Below, one piece after another: positions 36,920 to 46,333 of a stretch of 64,000 nt of DNA (position 1 is its first letter; every line of letters starts with the position of its first letter). The translations under genes were made by a program, and so were the position numbers. The DNA is taken from contig JANXZC010000182.1 in NCBI GenBank assembly GCA_025355725.1, forward strand, positions 33,885 through 97,884. Direction: 5' to 3'. The notes beneath the pieces are model-generated. The model saw only the letters and a program-made list of their open reading frames with translations. It made no database searches and was not told where the DNA came from. Origin of the DNA: Syntrophus sp. (in: bacteria) (GTDB taxonomy: Bacteria; Desulfobacterota; Syntrophia; Syntrophales; UBA8958).

Positions 36920-37738
36920 TCATTCCCCCTTGGCATAGACGTCGATAAGGGATTGGAGGAGGGATAAGGCCTGCTTGGTGTCGGCGGGTGCTCCCCTTGG
37001 GATCGTGCCGGTAGGAAGCAGGATCACACGTTCATCCGCAGTTCCCGTTTCCTCGGCCATAATGATCATTCCCTCGGATACGACGAGGTCGGGGGAAATG
37101 GCTTCGATGCGCCGGGCGGCGATGACCCCGCTCAATACCTTGCCCAGGTGGCCGATAGTGCCATGTGTCATGACCCTTGCCTCCGTGGCTTCTGCCAAGA
37201 CATTGCTCCCCGTCATGGTTCCGCCCAGGACGACGGCCCGGATGCTGGAACGCAGGAGATCTGATCCCGTAAAATGTCCGCCGTGAATAACCATTCCAAA
37301 AGCGGTGATGCCAAATTCCGCGCCGTCAAAGCGGCCGCCACGCACCTCGGCATGCCTGGCCTCGCTCAGGGCGCCCCGTCCCGTGAAGTCCCCCCCGCTG
37401 AGAATCACGTTGCTGCCTTCACAGAAGGCGTAGTCCCCAGTGAAGGTTCCCCCCTTGATGGCTGCGGATTTGATGCCGTAGCAGGCCATGGAGCCGGAGA
37501 ATTCACCACCGCTGATCTCCAGCCTTTCGGCGGCATAGAAGCAAAAGGCATTACTGAAGCGACCGCCAAGGACGCGGGCATCCTGGGCGGCGTGAAAGGC
37601 GTGGGGTCCACGGAAATCTCCGTTCTGGATAGTGACGTGGAAGCTGCCGCGGAAGGCATATTCCCCCTCAAAGAGGCCCTCTTTTACATGCACATTTTTC
37701 TGACCAGCCTTGTCGGGATGGGGCTTGGAAAACCACAT
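36920..37738 (-). CDS. Repeat protein: nine tandem 19-aa GGxFxG units (predicted beta-solenoid) plus ~70-aa unique C-terminus
   Basis: Consecutive 19-residue units: GGRFSNAFCFYAAERLEIS, GGEFSGSMACYGIKSAAIK, GGTFTGDYAFCEGSNVILS, GGDFTGRGALSEARHAEVR, GGRFDGAEFGITAFGMVIH, GGHFTGSDLLRSSIRAVVL, GGTMTGSNVLAEATEARVM, and others. There is no signal peptide. Confidence 0.6.
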   Translation of the reverse strand: MWFSKPHPDKAGQKNVHVKEGLFEGEYAFRGSFHVTIQNGDFRGPHAFHAAQDARVLGGRFSNAFCFYAAERLEISGGEFSGSMACYGIKSAAIKGGTFTGDYAFCEGSNVILSGGDFTGRGALSEARHAEVRGGRFDGAEFGITAFGMVIHGGHFTGSDLLRSSIRAVVLGGTMTGSNVLAEATEARVMTHGTIGHLGKVLSGVIAARRIEAISPDLVVSEGMIIMAEETGTADERVILLPTGTIPRGAPADTKQALSLLQSLIDVYAKGE

Positions 37739-38044
37739 TATTCAACCTTTTCTGTTTCTAGTCCGGGCACCCTTCGTACCCCCTGAGACAAGAACTTGTT
37801 TTATTGTTGGGGGAGCATAAGAAATGCCTCGTTGTGTGTCAAGTAATTATCAGCACACGATACTGTCGAAAATTTTTCTATTCAAAGAAGTGCCAATTGC
37901 TATATAGGGAGACTCTGGTCAACGCAACTCAAAGAACGGGGGGGTGAAGGGATGAGTCCTTAATAGATTTGTCTTTTCCCAGTGAGAAATAAGTTAAGCA
38001 TCCGCACATTAGAAGAAAAAAATACTTTACAAGGAGGAAGTACC

Positions 38045-38482
38045 ATGGCCAAAATGAAAACAGTATCTATTGAGGCAAAGCTTGGTGGGCAATTCAAGGT
38101 TGAAGTAAAAGCCGGGAATCACACTCTTTATGTTGATCAACCCCAGGCAGGAGGCGGGGCTGACGAAGGACCAAACCCCATTGAGTATCTTTTTGCATCC
38201 CTGGCAGGATGTATCGGCACCGCGGCCAGAATCATTGCCAAACAGAAGCGAATCAGTTTGAACGGCATGGACATGAAAATTGAAGGGGTCTTCGATACGG
38301 AGATCATTCTTGGCAAAAGCAAGGAAAATAGACCCGGACTTACAGGCATAAACGTCACATTAAGCATCGATTCAGATATGACGAAGGAAGAAAAGGAAGC
38401 TTTTGTAGCGGAAATAGAGAGTCGGTGTCCTGTTTCAGACAATATTGAGAACGTTACACCTGTAAAAGTTCAAGTCGTGTGA
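38045..38482 (+). CDS. OsmC/Ohr family peroxiredoxin-like protein
   Basis: GPNPIEYLFASLAGCIG and the C-terminal RCPVS are the two conserved Cys contexts of OsmC. An aaggagga RBS precedes ATG 38045. Confidence 0.8.
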   Translation: MAKMKTVSIEAKLGGQFKVEVKAGNHTLYVDQPQAGGGADEGPNPIEYLFASLAGCIGTAARIIAKQKRISLNGMDMKIEGVFDTEIILGKSKENRPGLTGINVTLSIDSDMTKEEKEAFVAEIESRCPVSDNIENVTPVKVQVV

Positions 38483-38699
38483 TGCTGAGGGCCTCACATT
38501 CGGTGTCGTTGTGGGATCGAATGCACTGAGCAATCTATTGGCCGGATCCGAAGAGATTAAGGTTTTCACAAGTGCCGCAGTACGCTGATGTCAAGATCGA
38601 CAAGGCTAACGGTGTGTTGATTTTTTTCAATTTATCTCTTGGAAGATGGCCTTTTTAAACGCATTTATAATTACCATTTCGAGAATCGCATAAAATGAC

Positions 38700-39020
38700 A
38701 TGAATAACAATTCATACTATCAAGTTGACCCAACGTGGTTTATCGCGATATTCTTAATATTGTTAGTGATTGCTATAGTAATTAATGCAATAATAACTAA
38801 TAAATCATTGAAAGCATCAAAAGAACAGACAGAAGCTACTCATAAGCAAACTAGTGCAACAATAGAGCTAAATAAGTCGATAGATTCAATGATTTGGGCA
38901 ATTAATAAGCCTCAGAATGATTTTCTGTCCGGAGAAGATCGCCAAAAACAGGTTGAGAAAATAGTGAGGGAAAGAAATATTGACGTCCTTACCAAAAGTC
39001 AATTAAGCAAAAACAGCTAA
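38700..39020 (+). CDS. Small single-TM hypothetical protein (AT-rich islet)
   Basis: One hydrophobic span (WFIAIFLILLVIAIVINAII) followed by a charged helical tail. Its AT-rich composition is atypical for the window, and I recognise no family. Confidence 0.4.
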   Translation: MNNNSYYQVDPTWFIAIFLILLVIAIVINAIITNKSLKASKEQTEATHKQTSATIELNKSIDSMIWAINKPQNDFLSGEDRQKQVEKIVRERNIDVLTKSQLSKNS

Positions 39021-39262
39021 TTACTGTCACCCTCGCAAAGTCCGCCTCAGGCGTTTTTTTAAACCCGGACGGGCACTTACTGGAGAAAAAGCAACAGCTC
39101 CCCCCGTCACGTTACTCCCTGGTATCGCCCCCGCGTCTTTCTGATTCGATTTCTCAAGATTATCCGACTCACCATAACCCGGCTCACGTGCTACAAGCTT
39201 TATTCATTATTGCTATTTCTTAAATGGTTATGATAGCCATGTCCAATCAAATGGACTTATAG

Positions 39263-41125
39263 ATGAAACAATTCCAAATTATAGCATTTATCTGTTTTCT
39301 GCTGGTCATGGTTTTTGTCTCAGTTTCCTATGCCGAGGTCAAAACCTACACCATGACGGTCCGCCAGCTTTTCGGGGGCGGGCAGTCGCCGGATTCAGCC
39401 ACTGTGTCCGCCGTGACCAAGGCGAAGCGAGAAGCCCTGGAACAGGCTGGAACCTACATAGAATCCATGACCCTGGTTCGCGATTCGGCCGTGGCCGTCG
39501 ATGAAATCTTCGCCCTGGCCGCCGGGCTTCTCAAGACCGAGATCGTGACGCGCAAAAATATCATGGAAGGAAATCTCTTCGGCATCGAGGTTACGGCCAG
39601 GGTGGATGTGGACACGGCCGTTATGGAGATGCGCGTCAAGGCCCTGCTTTCAGATCGGGGCAGTCTGGAGGAAATCAAAAAGCTGAAGGTACGTGAGAGG
39701 GATTTGCTGGACCGCGTGCGCGAGCTTGAAGAGAAGAACATGGCCATGCTGAAATCACCGGACAAGAGCGCGGAAAAAGACCTGTCCAGGGCGTTTGGCG
39801 AGACATCAGCCGAGCTTGAGGATCTGGGCCGCCTTCTGGACGCCAAGGTCGCGGCAATTGCCCGCGATATCGCCGAGATAAAGCAAGCAACGACCCGCAT
39901 CGAGAAGTCGCAGGAGAAGATGACCCTGTCTCTGGACAAGATAAGTATGGGCTTCGAGGAATTGGCCAGGCAAGGCGGCATCATCTCATCACCCAAGATC
40001 CCCGAGGAGTATTACAGCAACGCCCGCGTGTACGAGTTGCGCGGTGACTACGGCAATGCCCGCCGGGCATACATGGAATATTTTCGTTTCGATCTGGATT
40101 TTATCGATCCCCATGTCCGGTTCCAGACCTTTTTGAAGGTTCAGGAGGGCCGTGAAGGGGCACGCGAGGTTTATGAATACATCAGGAAACAGAGCAAAAG
40201 CTTTGTCATCCCTTTTGTTTCCCTGTTTTTGCTGGATCGCGAGGCCAGGGTGCGCGGATTTGAGGAGTTTGCCCGCAAAAGACCGGATTTCGGTCCGACC
40301 TATTATGAACTGTCCAGGGATTATTCTGAGGCCAGACTGCCTGGACGGGGCATCGAGGACAAGCGTCGGGAAAAGGAATATCTGGAGAAGTTTCTGGCCG
40401 CATATAAAGCCGGCCATTTCGTTCGCTGGTTAATCGACAAGGCTCTGGTGGCTGAGTATTTGGCCGATGCTGAAAGGCGGCTGGCCGAGCTATGGACCAC
40501 CCCGGCCGCACTCATGGAAAAGCCGGTCAGCGTGAGCTGGATGAAGTCGAACGCCGGTTGGACCGCGACCATGATGATTGCCGAACCTGCCGGTGAGGTT
40601 TTCTACCGCCTGGATTCAGAGCCGTCTTTTAAAAGCACGGGGCACACCCAGATCAGGCATCCTCAGACGGGAAAGCCCATGCCGGTCATGTTCGTGAGTT
40701 TTCCCTTTACGGGCAAGCCGCTTAAATTATGGGTGAAGTACAAGGACCGCCAGGGCCGGGAGATGGGACCGTGGGATTTCGCCCTCGATCCCGGCGGAGA
40801 GGCCGGACGCGGGGACAAGGACATCCTGGAGATGACCAAGACAAGCTGGGTGTCTTTCAGGGAGTTCGACGGCAGGACCCTGGTCTATTTTACCCATCTG
40901 ATGTCCTGGCGCGGCGGCATCAACCGGATTTATTACGGGGTAGACAAGGAGAATCCGGACAGAGAGTTCAGGTTTCCGCCCCACAAGGGCGCTGGAACAG
41001 CGAGCATAACCGAGGACGTGCCGGTTTATGTCGAAGTTCCGTCCGGGGTCAGGTTCGTAACGGTGAGGGTCGTATATTTCGATCAGACGCGATCAGACGT
41101 GGTTAAGTTCGGGAAAAGCGAATAA
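39263..41125 (+). CDS. Secreted 620-aa hypothetical protein (LPP20/FlgO-like N-domain, coiled coil, unknown C-domain)
   Basis: The signal peptide is MKQFQIIAFICFLLVMVFVSVSYA|EV. Residues ~30-125 resemble small periplasmic LPP20-like folds, residues ~125-235 are heptad-rich, and the C-terminal ~380 aa carry no motif I recognise. Confidence 0.6.
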   Translation: MKQFQIIAFICFLLVMVFVSVSYAEVKTYTMTVRQLFGGGQSPDSATVSAVTKAKREALEQAGTYIESMTLVRDSAVAVDEIFALAAGLLKTEIVTRKNIMEGNLFGIEVTARVDVDTAVMEMRVKALLSDRGSLEEIKKLKVRERDLLDRVRELEEKNMAMLKSPDKSAEKDLSRAFGETSAELEDLGRLLDAKVAAIARDIAEIKQATTRIEKSQEKMTLSLDKISMGFEELARQGGIISSPKIPEEYYSNARVYELRGDYGNARRAYMEYFRFDLDFIDPHVRFQTFLKVQEGREGAREVYEYIRKQSKSFVIPFVSLFLLDREARVRGFEEFARKRPDFGPTYYELSRDYSEARLPGRGIEDKRREKEYLEKFLAAYKAGHFVRWLIDKALVAEYLADAERRLAELWTTPAALMEKPVSVSWMKSNAGWTATMMIAEPAGEVFYRLDSEPSFKSTGHTQIRHPQTGKPMPVMFVSFPFTGKPLKLWVKYKDRQGREMGPWDFALDPGGEAGRGDKDILEMTKTSWVSFREFDGRTLVYFTHLMSWRGGINRIYYGVDKENPDREFRFPPHKGAGTASITEDVPVYVEVPSGVRFVTVRVVYFDQTRSDVVKFGKSE

Positions 41126-41306
41126 CGCGGGTATAGGCCTTGCCGGCTTTTCCCGGTGATTAAATTCGCAAGTACTTGTTTATCTTGAAAGGATAAGTAT
41201 GGGGTAATATGTTCGACAGCATACCCTTATGAGCAATGCTGGCAGAAGCAAAGTGGCCCGCTAACAATCGCAATGTGTGAACTCAGCTATATCGGGATAT
41301 GAGGTC

Positions 41307-42491
41307 ATGACCTGGCATCGCAAACTTGCCGATTTTTTTGGATTAAAAAAAAGCATCGTCGCCCTGCTTGCCATGGTTGTCTTGGTTGGATTGGGCGAAA
41401 AGATGGCGGAGCGATTCCTTCCCATCTACCTGCTGGCCTTGGGAGGCGGCGTCTTGTCAATCGGCCTCCTGAATGCCATGGACAACCTCCTGTCTGCCCT
41501 TTACTCATATCCCGGCGGCTACCTGAGCGATCGCTTCGGTTACAAGAAGGCCCTCTTGGTCTTCAATCTCATCGCCATGTTCGGGTATCTGATCGTTATC
41601 TTTTTCCCCTACTGGCAGGCGGTCATCATCGGCTCCGTCTTTTTCCTCTCCTGGACGGCCATCTCGCTTCCCGCCACGATGAGCCTCGTTTCCCGCGTCC
41701 TTCCTGAAGACAAACGGACGATGGGGGTCACAGTCCATTCTCTCGTCCGGCGGATTCCCATGGCTCTTGGTCCCATCATCGGCGGGGTTATGATCGCCCT
41801 CTACGGCGAGAAGACGGGGATACGGCTGGCTTTTGTCGCCGCCCTGATCCTGGGGTTCGCATCCCTTATCCTCCAGCAGGCAATGATCCGGGACGATCCG
41901 TACCGAGGAAAGCCTGAAAAACGACCCTCCAAGCTATGGCGTTTCATGACTCCGGCCCTCAAAAACCTCCTGGTCTCCGATATTTTGATCCGTTTCGCCG
42001 AGCAGATCCCATATGCTTTTGTCGTCGTCTGGTGTATGAAAGTAAACAGCATCAGCGCCGTCCAGTTTGGTGTTCTCACGACGATCGAGATGGCGACGGC
42101 AGTGCTCGTATATGTCCCCATCGCTTACCTCGCCGACCGGAGTGCGAAAAAGCCCTTCGTCGTCATCACCTTTTTCAATTTCACTCTCTTTCCCTTGGTG
42201 CTGCTTTTCTCACACTCTTTTTTGATGATGGTCATCGCCTTTATTATCAGGGGTCTTAAGGAGTTCGGCGAACCCACCCGCAAGGCCCTGATCATGGACC
42301 TCGCCCCTGATGACAATAAGGCGGGAATGTTTGGGCTGTACTATCTTATCCGGGATGTCATCGTTTCCGTCGCCGCTTTAGGTGGAGCGTTTCTTTGGCA
42401 GCTATCACCGACTGCGAACCTTCTGACCGCCATGGTATGCGGTCTCGCCGGGACGATTTATTTCTGGGTTTTCGGAAAGGACCTCAAGTAA
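41307..42491 (+). CDS. MFS transporter
   Basis: Twelve predicted TM spans, with the loop motif GGYLSDRFGYKK between TM2 and TM3. The start is ambiguous (GTG 41277 or ATG 41307). Confidence 0.8.
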   Translation: MTWHRKLADFFGLKKSIVALLAMVVLVGLGEKMAERFLPIYLLALGGGVLSIGLLNAMDNLLSALYSYPGGYLSDRFGYKKALLVFNLIAMFGYLIVIFFPYWQAVIIGSVFFLSWTAISLPATMSLVSRVLPEDKRTMGVTVHSLVRRIPMALGPIIGGVMIALYGEKTGIRLAFVAALILGFASLILQQAMIRDDPYRGKPEKRPSKLWRFMTPALKNLLVSDILIRFAEQIPYAFVVVWCMKVNSISAVQFGVLTTIEMATAVLVYVPIAYLADRSAKKPFVVITFFNFTLFPLVLLFSHSFLMMVIAFIIRGLKEFGEPTRKALIMDLAPDDNKAGMFGLYYLIRDVIVSVAALGGAFLWQLSPTANLLTAMVCGLAGTIYFWVFGKDLK

Positions 42492-42632
42492 ACATGAAAA
42501 CAACGATCTGAGAGTATAAATGGTAATCATTGACCTCCAGCGGGGAACAATAGGCAAACGGAGAAAACAAACATCAAACTGTATCGGATAATACAAGGCT
42601 ACAAGACTCAAAAAAACGTCATCAATAAAGTA

Positions 42633-42664
42633 TTGACATGAAGCGAACCATGTGTTTTTATACT
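42633..42664 (+). promoter_or_regulatory. Possible sigma70-type promoter (TTGACA ... TTTTAT/TATACT)
   Basis: TTGACA lies at 42633-42638. A weak -10 TTTTAT follows at 17 nt, and a good TATACT follows only at 20 nt. Confidence 0.3.
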
Positions 42665-42693
42665 CGCTAAGTAAAGATGCAAAGGGAAAGTTG

Positions 42694-42792
42694 ATGAACG
42701 TCCTTATAGATATTAAAAAGACTGTTGGTAAAAAACAGGGGATAAAGCGTTTGGGGCTACCCATGGCTTTGAGGATGTTCGTTTTGCGATAA
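42694..42792 (+). CDS. Candidate 32-aa cationic peptide ORF between promoter-like site and terminator
   Basis: My own translation is MNVLIDIKKTVGKKQGIKRLGLPMALRMFVLR. An aaagggaaag purine tract lies upstream. There is no conservation evidence. Confidence 0.25.
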   Translation: MNVLIDIKKTVGKKQGIKRLGLPMALRMFVLR

Positions 42793-42812
42793 CCGACATA
42801 AAGTTTCCTTCA

Positions 42813-42845
42813 AAGCCACGGGTAAGCCCCGTGGCTTTTTTTTTG
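42813..42845 (+). terminator. Intrinsic terminator upstream of the dapA paralog
   Basis: AAGCCACGGG-taagc-CCCGTGGCTT is a 10-bp perfect stem, followed by nine T residues. Confidence 0.75.
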
Positions 42846-42908
42846 CTTTGAGAGGACATTTGTTGGAATTAACAACTATGCATCTAAATGAAATATAAAG
42901 GAGAACCT

Positions 42909-43814
42909 ATGAAAACACAATCTTGGGCTGGATGTCATGTGCCCATCATAACGCCTTTTAGAGACGACTATTCCATAGACGAGGCTGGGCTTCGCCAACT
43001 TGTCAATTACTACATAGAAGATGTGAAATGTGATGGCATTGTCCCCTGTGGGACAACCGGGGAATCACCGACATTGGATCATGATGAGCATGCCAAGGTC
43101 ATTAAAATCGTGATCGACGAAGTCGGGGGCAGAGTGCCAGTGATGGCTGGAACAGGTTCTAACAGTACCAAAGAGGCTATCGAGATGACAAAGCACGCCG
43201 CGGATATGGGCGTCGCGGCAAGCCTGCAAGTATGCCCGTATTATAACAGACCCACACAGGACGGCCTATTGAAACATTTCGAAGCTATTGCCGAAGCAAC
43301 AAAGTTGCCACTTTTTATTTATAATATTCCCTCGCGAACGGGACGGCTCATTGAGGCTAAAACAATGATCGCTCTCTCCAAGATGGATCATATAATCGGC
43401 ATGAAGGATGCCTGTGGTGATTTGATACTCACTATGGAGATCATCCGGGCGACCCGTGAAAGTGCGAAGAAGTTTTATGTCCTTTGCGGAGAAGACGCCC
43501 TGACGTTCCCGATGATGGCTTTAGGTGGCGATGGGGGGATATTGGCTGTGTCTCATATCGTCGGGAAACAATACCGAGAGATGGTCCATCTCTATCTTAC
43601 CGGAGAAATTAGTGCATCACGGGAGATTCATTTTAAGACACTGCCATTGGTGCAGATGCTATTTATCGAAACCAATCCGGTTCCCGTCAAGGAGGCCATG
43701 GCCATGATGGGGTTGCCAGCAGGAAAGGTGCGACTGCCCTTGGTCCCCCTGAAACCAGAAAACCGTGAAAAGTTACGTCAGGCTTTACAGCAGTTCGGCC
43801 TGCTGAATCGTTAG
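42909..43814 (+). CDS. dapA: Dihydrodipicolinate synthase family lyase (DapA/NAL family)
   Basis: GIVPCGTTGESPTL, YNIPSRTG and the Schiff-base Lys context GMKDACGD. ATG at 42909 follows an aaaggaga RBS. The specific substrate cannot be told from sequence alone. Confidence 0.8.
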   Translation: MKTQSWAGCHVPIITPFRDDYSIDEAGLRQLVNYYIEDVKCDGIVPCGTTGESPTLDHDEHAKVIKIVIDEVGGRVPVMAGTGSNSTKEAIEMTKHAADMGVAASLQVCPYYNRPTQDGLLKHFEAIAEATKLPLFIYNIPSRTGRLIEAKTMIALSKMDHIIGMKDACGDLILTMEIIRATRESAKKFYVLCGEDALTFPMMALGGDGGILAVSHIVGKQYREMVHLYLTGEISASREIHFKTLPLVQMLFIETNPVPVKEAMAMMGLPAGKVRLPLVPLKPENREKLRQALQQFGLLNR

Positions 43815-44059
43815 GATCGTTGATGATCTACTAAGCATCCTACTATGTGACTGTGAGGTGGCTATACCATAGTCATCATTAAAATAGATTGCTATTCCCG
43901 TCGCTCCAATATCTACGGTGGTTGAGGAATATTTCTTCAATCACCGTTTTTCTTTTTTTGAAGGAGGGCGAAGCCTACCTGTAACATGGGCACCTTCGAA
44001 GGTTTGAAGTGGCATTCATCAATTTTTGATAAGACAGCTTCGTGTGACTTTGTAGATGT

Positions 44060-46321
44060 TTACAGGCCGATCCAGATGGCCAGCTGATAGGCGAACATGC
44101 CGAGGAAAAAGGACAGGCTCAGCATCAGGGCAAAAGAGGCGCCGAACCAAGTCCAGCTTCCCATCTCCCGCTTCATGACTGCCACCGTTGCCGCACAGGG
44201 AATAAAAAGCATGAGGACCACGAGAAAGGCAAGGGCCGATGCCGGGGTCATGACCGCAGGCAGAACCCGCACCAGTCCCTCATCGCCTACCCCATAGAGG
44301 ACGCCGAGGGTGGCAATGGCGTTTTCCTTGGCCACGATACTCGTCAGCAGGGCCGTCATCATCTTCCAGTCCAGCCCCAGGGGCCGCCCCACCGGTTCTA
44401 TAAACTGTCCGATCCCCGCCAGAAGGCTGTCTTCCACCCGGCCGTGGGGAAAATAGGACAGCACCCATACGAGCACCGATACCGCAAGAATCACCGTTCC
44501 CGCCCGCCTGACAAAGGCGATGGTCCGATTCCAGATAACCATGCCGATGGTCCGCATGTCCGGCTTGTGATACAGGGGCAACTCCATGATGAAGGGCATG
44601 GGCTCGTCCTTGAGGACGAAACGGTTGATGATCATGCCCGTCATGCCCAAGATCAGGATGTTGGCCGCCAGAAGGGACCAAGAGACAACTGCGGCCTGTT
44701 TAGCAAAGACGGCCGCCGTAACGAAGGTCAGGACGGCCAGCCGGGCGGTACAGGGAATGAAGGGGGAAAGGAAGATGGTCAGGAGCCGCTCTCTTTTCGA
44801 TTCCACGATACGGGCCCCGAGGATCGCCGGTACATTGCACCCAAAACCCAGGCACATGGGGATGACGCTCTTGCCATGGAGTCCGATCAGGTGCATGAAA
44901 CGGTCCATGACAAAGGCCGCCCGGGCCATATAGCCCACGTCTTCGAGGATGGCCAGGACAGCGAAGAAGATGACGAGGATGGGCAGGAAGGTCAAGACGG
45001 AACCGGCGCCGCCGATGATCCCATCTACCACCAGCCCCTTGATCCAGGGGGGAAAAGGGAGCAAAGACGGTTGGATCTGGCGGGCAAAGGCACTCACCAG
45101 CCATTCCAGGCCCTTTTGCAGAGGATAGCCGACCTTGTAGGTCACAAAAAAGACGCCGGCAAACATCGCCAGGAGGATCGGAATCCCATAGAGGGGACGG
45201 GTCAGGACATGGTCGAGACGATCCGTCATGACCACCTGTCCCATCTTGAATCGGGAAACGGCGGAACGGGTCGCCTCCTCGATCCAGTCATAACGACCCC
45301 CGACCACGGCATGGAGAGAATCTTCGTGCTTGAGCAGGATCGCCTTGAGCTGGTTCCAGATCTCCGGTGGAACAGATTCCTCTATCTTTTTAGATATTTC
45401 CTTGTCTCCCTCCATGAATTTCGTCGCCATCCAGGTATGCCGCGTCTGGACGGCAAGGTTCTTACGGAGGAGGTCTTTAATCTCCAGGAAGACTTCCTGA
45501 TGATCAGCGGCAATATCGGGTAGCCGGGGCTGATAGGAAAGCTCACCCCGGTCCAGGGAAATAATGCGGTTGATCAGCTCCCGGAGGCCCTGATTCTTTG
45601 AAGCGATCATCCCGATGACCGGGACGCCGAGGGACCGTTCGAGGGCATGGATATCAATGCGAACGCCCTGGGACTCCGCCACGTCGATCATATTGACGGC
45701 CACAATAACCGGCGGCCCGAGGAGGAGAAGTTCGGTAAGGAGATAGAGGCTCCGATCAAGGGCGGCGGCATTGGCAAGCAGCACGATCACATCGGGGCTC
45801 TCGTTCAGGATGAAGTCGCGGGCGACCCGCTCCTCCTCCGAGAAGGCGGTGAGGCTGTAAGTGCCGGGAAGATCGACGATGCAGAGGTCTCCTTCCTGGC
45901 AGGCAAGAGCCCCTTCCTTTTTTTCCACCGTCTTGCCCGGCCAGTTGCCCACATGCTGAGAAAGGCCCGTCAGGATATTGAACACCGTCGATTTGCCCAC
46001 GTTGGGCTGACCCGCGAGGGCCACGAGGATTCTTTTCTTCGGTTCCGGGGCTCTTTCCGCTTCCGTTGCGGGAATCGTACGGTAAACAATTATCTTTTCC
46101 CCTTCCCCATGGCCCAAGGCAATTCTTGTTTCCCCGACCAGGACCATAACCAGACCGCTGCTGTTACGGACCATCCTGATCTTGGCATTCAAAGAAATGC
46201 CCATACCGGCCAGGCGGCCGGCCAGGTCCCGGCCCCCGGCCAGGGAGAGGATGATGCCTTCCTCCCCATCCGCCAGGTCGGTCAGGGGGAGGGCGTTATC
46301 ATTGTTCATTATCTTATCCAT
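44060..46321 (-). CDS. feoB: Ferrous iron transporter FeoB with fused N-terminal FeoA domain
   Basis: Residues ~10-80 are a FeoA SH3-like domain (GEEGIILSL...GMGISLNAKIRMV). These are followed by the G-domain GQPNVGKSTVFN, DLPGTYSL, and the polytopic FeoB core. Confidence 0.9.
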   Translation of the reverse strand: MDKIMNNDNALPLTDLADGEEGIILSLAGGRDLAGRLAGMGISLNAKIRMVRNSSGLVMVLVGETRIALGHGEGEKIIVYRTIPATEAERAPEPKKRILVALAGQPNVGKSTVFNILTGLSQHVGNWPGKTVEKKEGALACQEGDLCIVDLPGTYSLTAFSEEERVARDFILNESPDVIVLLANAAALDRSLYLLTELLLLGPPVIVAVNMIDVAESQGVRIDIHALERSLGVPVIGMIASKNQGLRELINRIISLDRGELSYQPRLPDIAADHQEVFLEIKDLLRKNLAVQTRHTWMATKFMEGDKEISKKIEESVPPEIWNQLKAILLKHEDSLHAVVGGRYDWIEEATRSAVSRFKMGQVVMTDRLDHVLTRPLYGIPILLAMFAGVFFVTYKVGYPLQKGLEWLVSAFARQIQPSLLPFPPWIKGLVVDGIIGGAGSVLTFLPILVIFFAVLAILEDVGYMARAAFVMDRFMHLIGLHGKSVIPMCLGFGCNVPAILGARIVESKRERLLTIFLSPFIPCTARLAVLTFVTAAVFAKQAAVVSWSLLAANILILGMTGMIINRFVLKDEPMPFIMELPLYHKPDMRTIGMVIWNRTIAFVRRAGTVILAVSVLVWVLSYFPHGRVEDSLLAGIGQFIEPVGRPLGLDWKMMTALLTSIVAKENAIATLGVLYGVGDEGLVRVLPAVMTPASALAFLVVLMLFIPCAATVAVMKREMGSWTWFGASFALMLSLSFFLGMFAYQLAIWIGL

Positions 46322-46333
46322 AACTGTTATCAG
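46295..46333 (-). promoter_or_regulatory. Fur-box-like GATAAn hexamer cluster overlapping the feoAB start codon
   Basis: The minus strand reads ctGATAACagttATGGATAAGATAATGAACAATGATAACg. The 19-mer GATAATGAACAATGATAAC matches GATAATGATAATCATTATC at 12 of 19 positions. Confidence 0.3.

Noticed and set aside
38483-38700. tRNA-like GGGATCGAAT string and short frames after the OsmC-like gene
   Set aside because: The flanking sequence does not form acceptor or T-arm pairings, so a cloverleaf cannot be drawn. It is probably decayed or spacer DNA.
42405-42764. 119-aa minus-strand ORF overlapping the MFS 3' end and the AT-rich spacer
   Set aside because: It overlaps a solid MFS gene. It has no RBS and a Phe/Ile/Leu-rich translation typical of AT-rich non-coding DNA.
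44444-45523. 359-aa plus-strand ORF inside feoB
   Set aside because: It is antisense to the FeoB membrane domain. The product is highly charged and Gly/Asp/His-rich, with no motifs.
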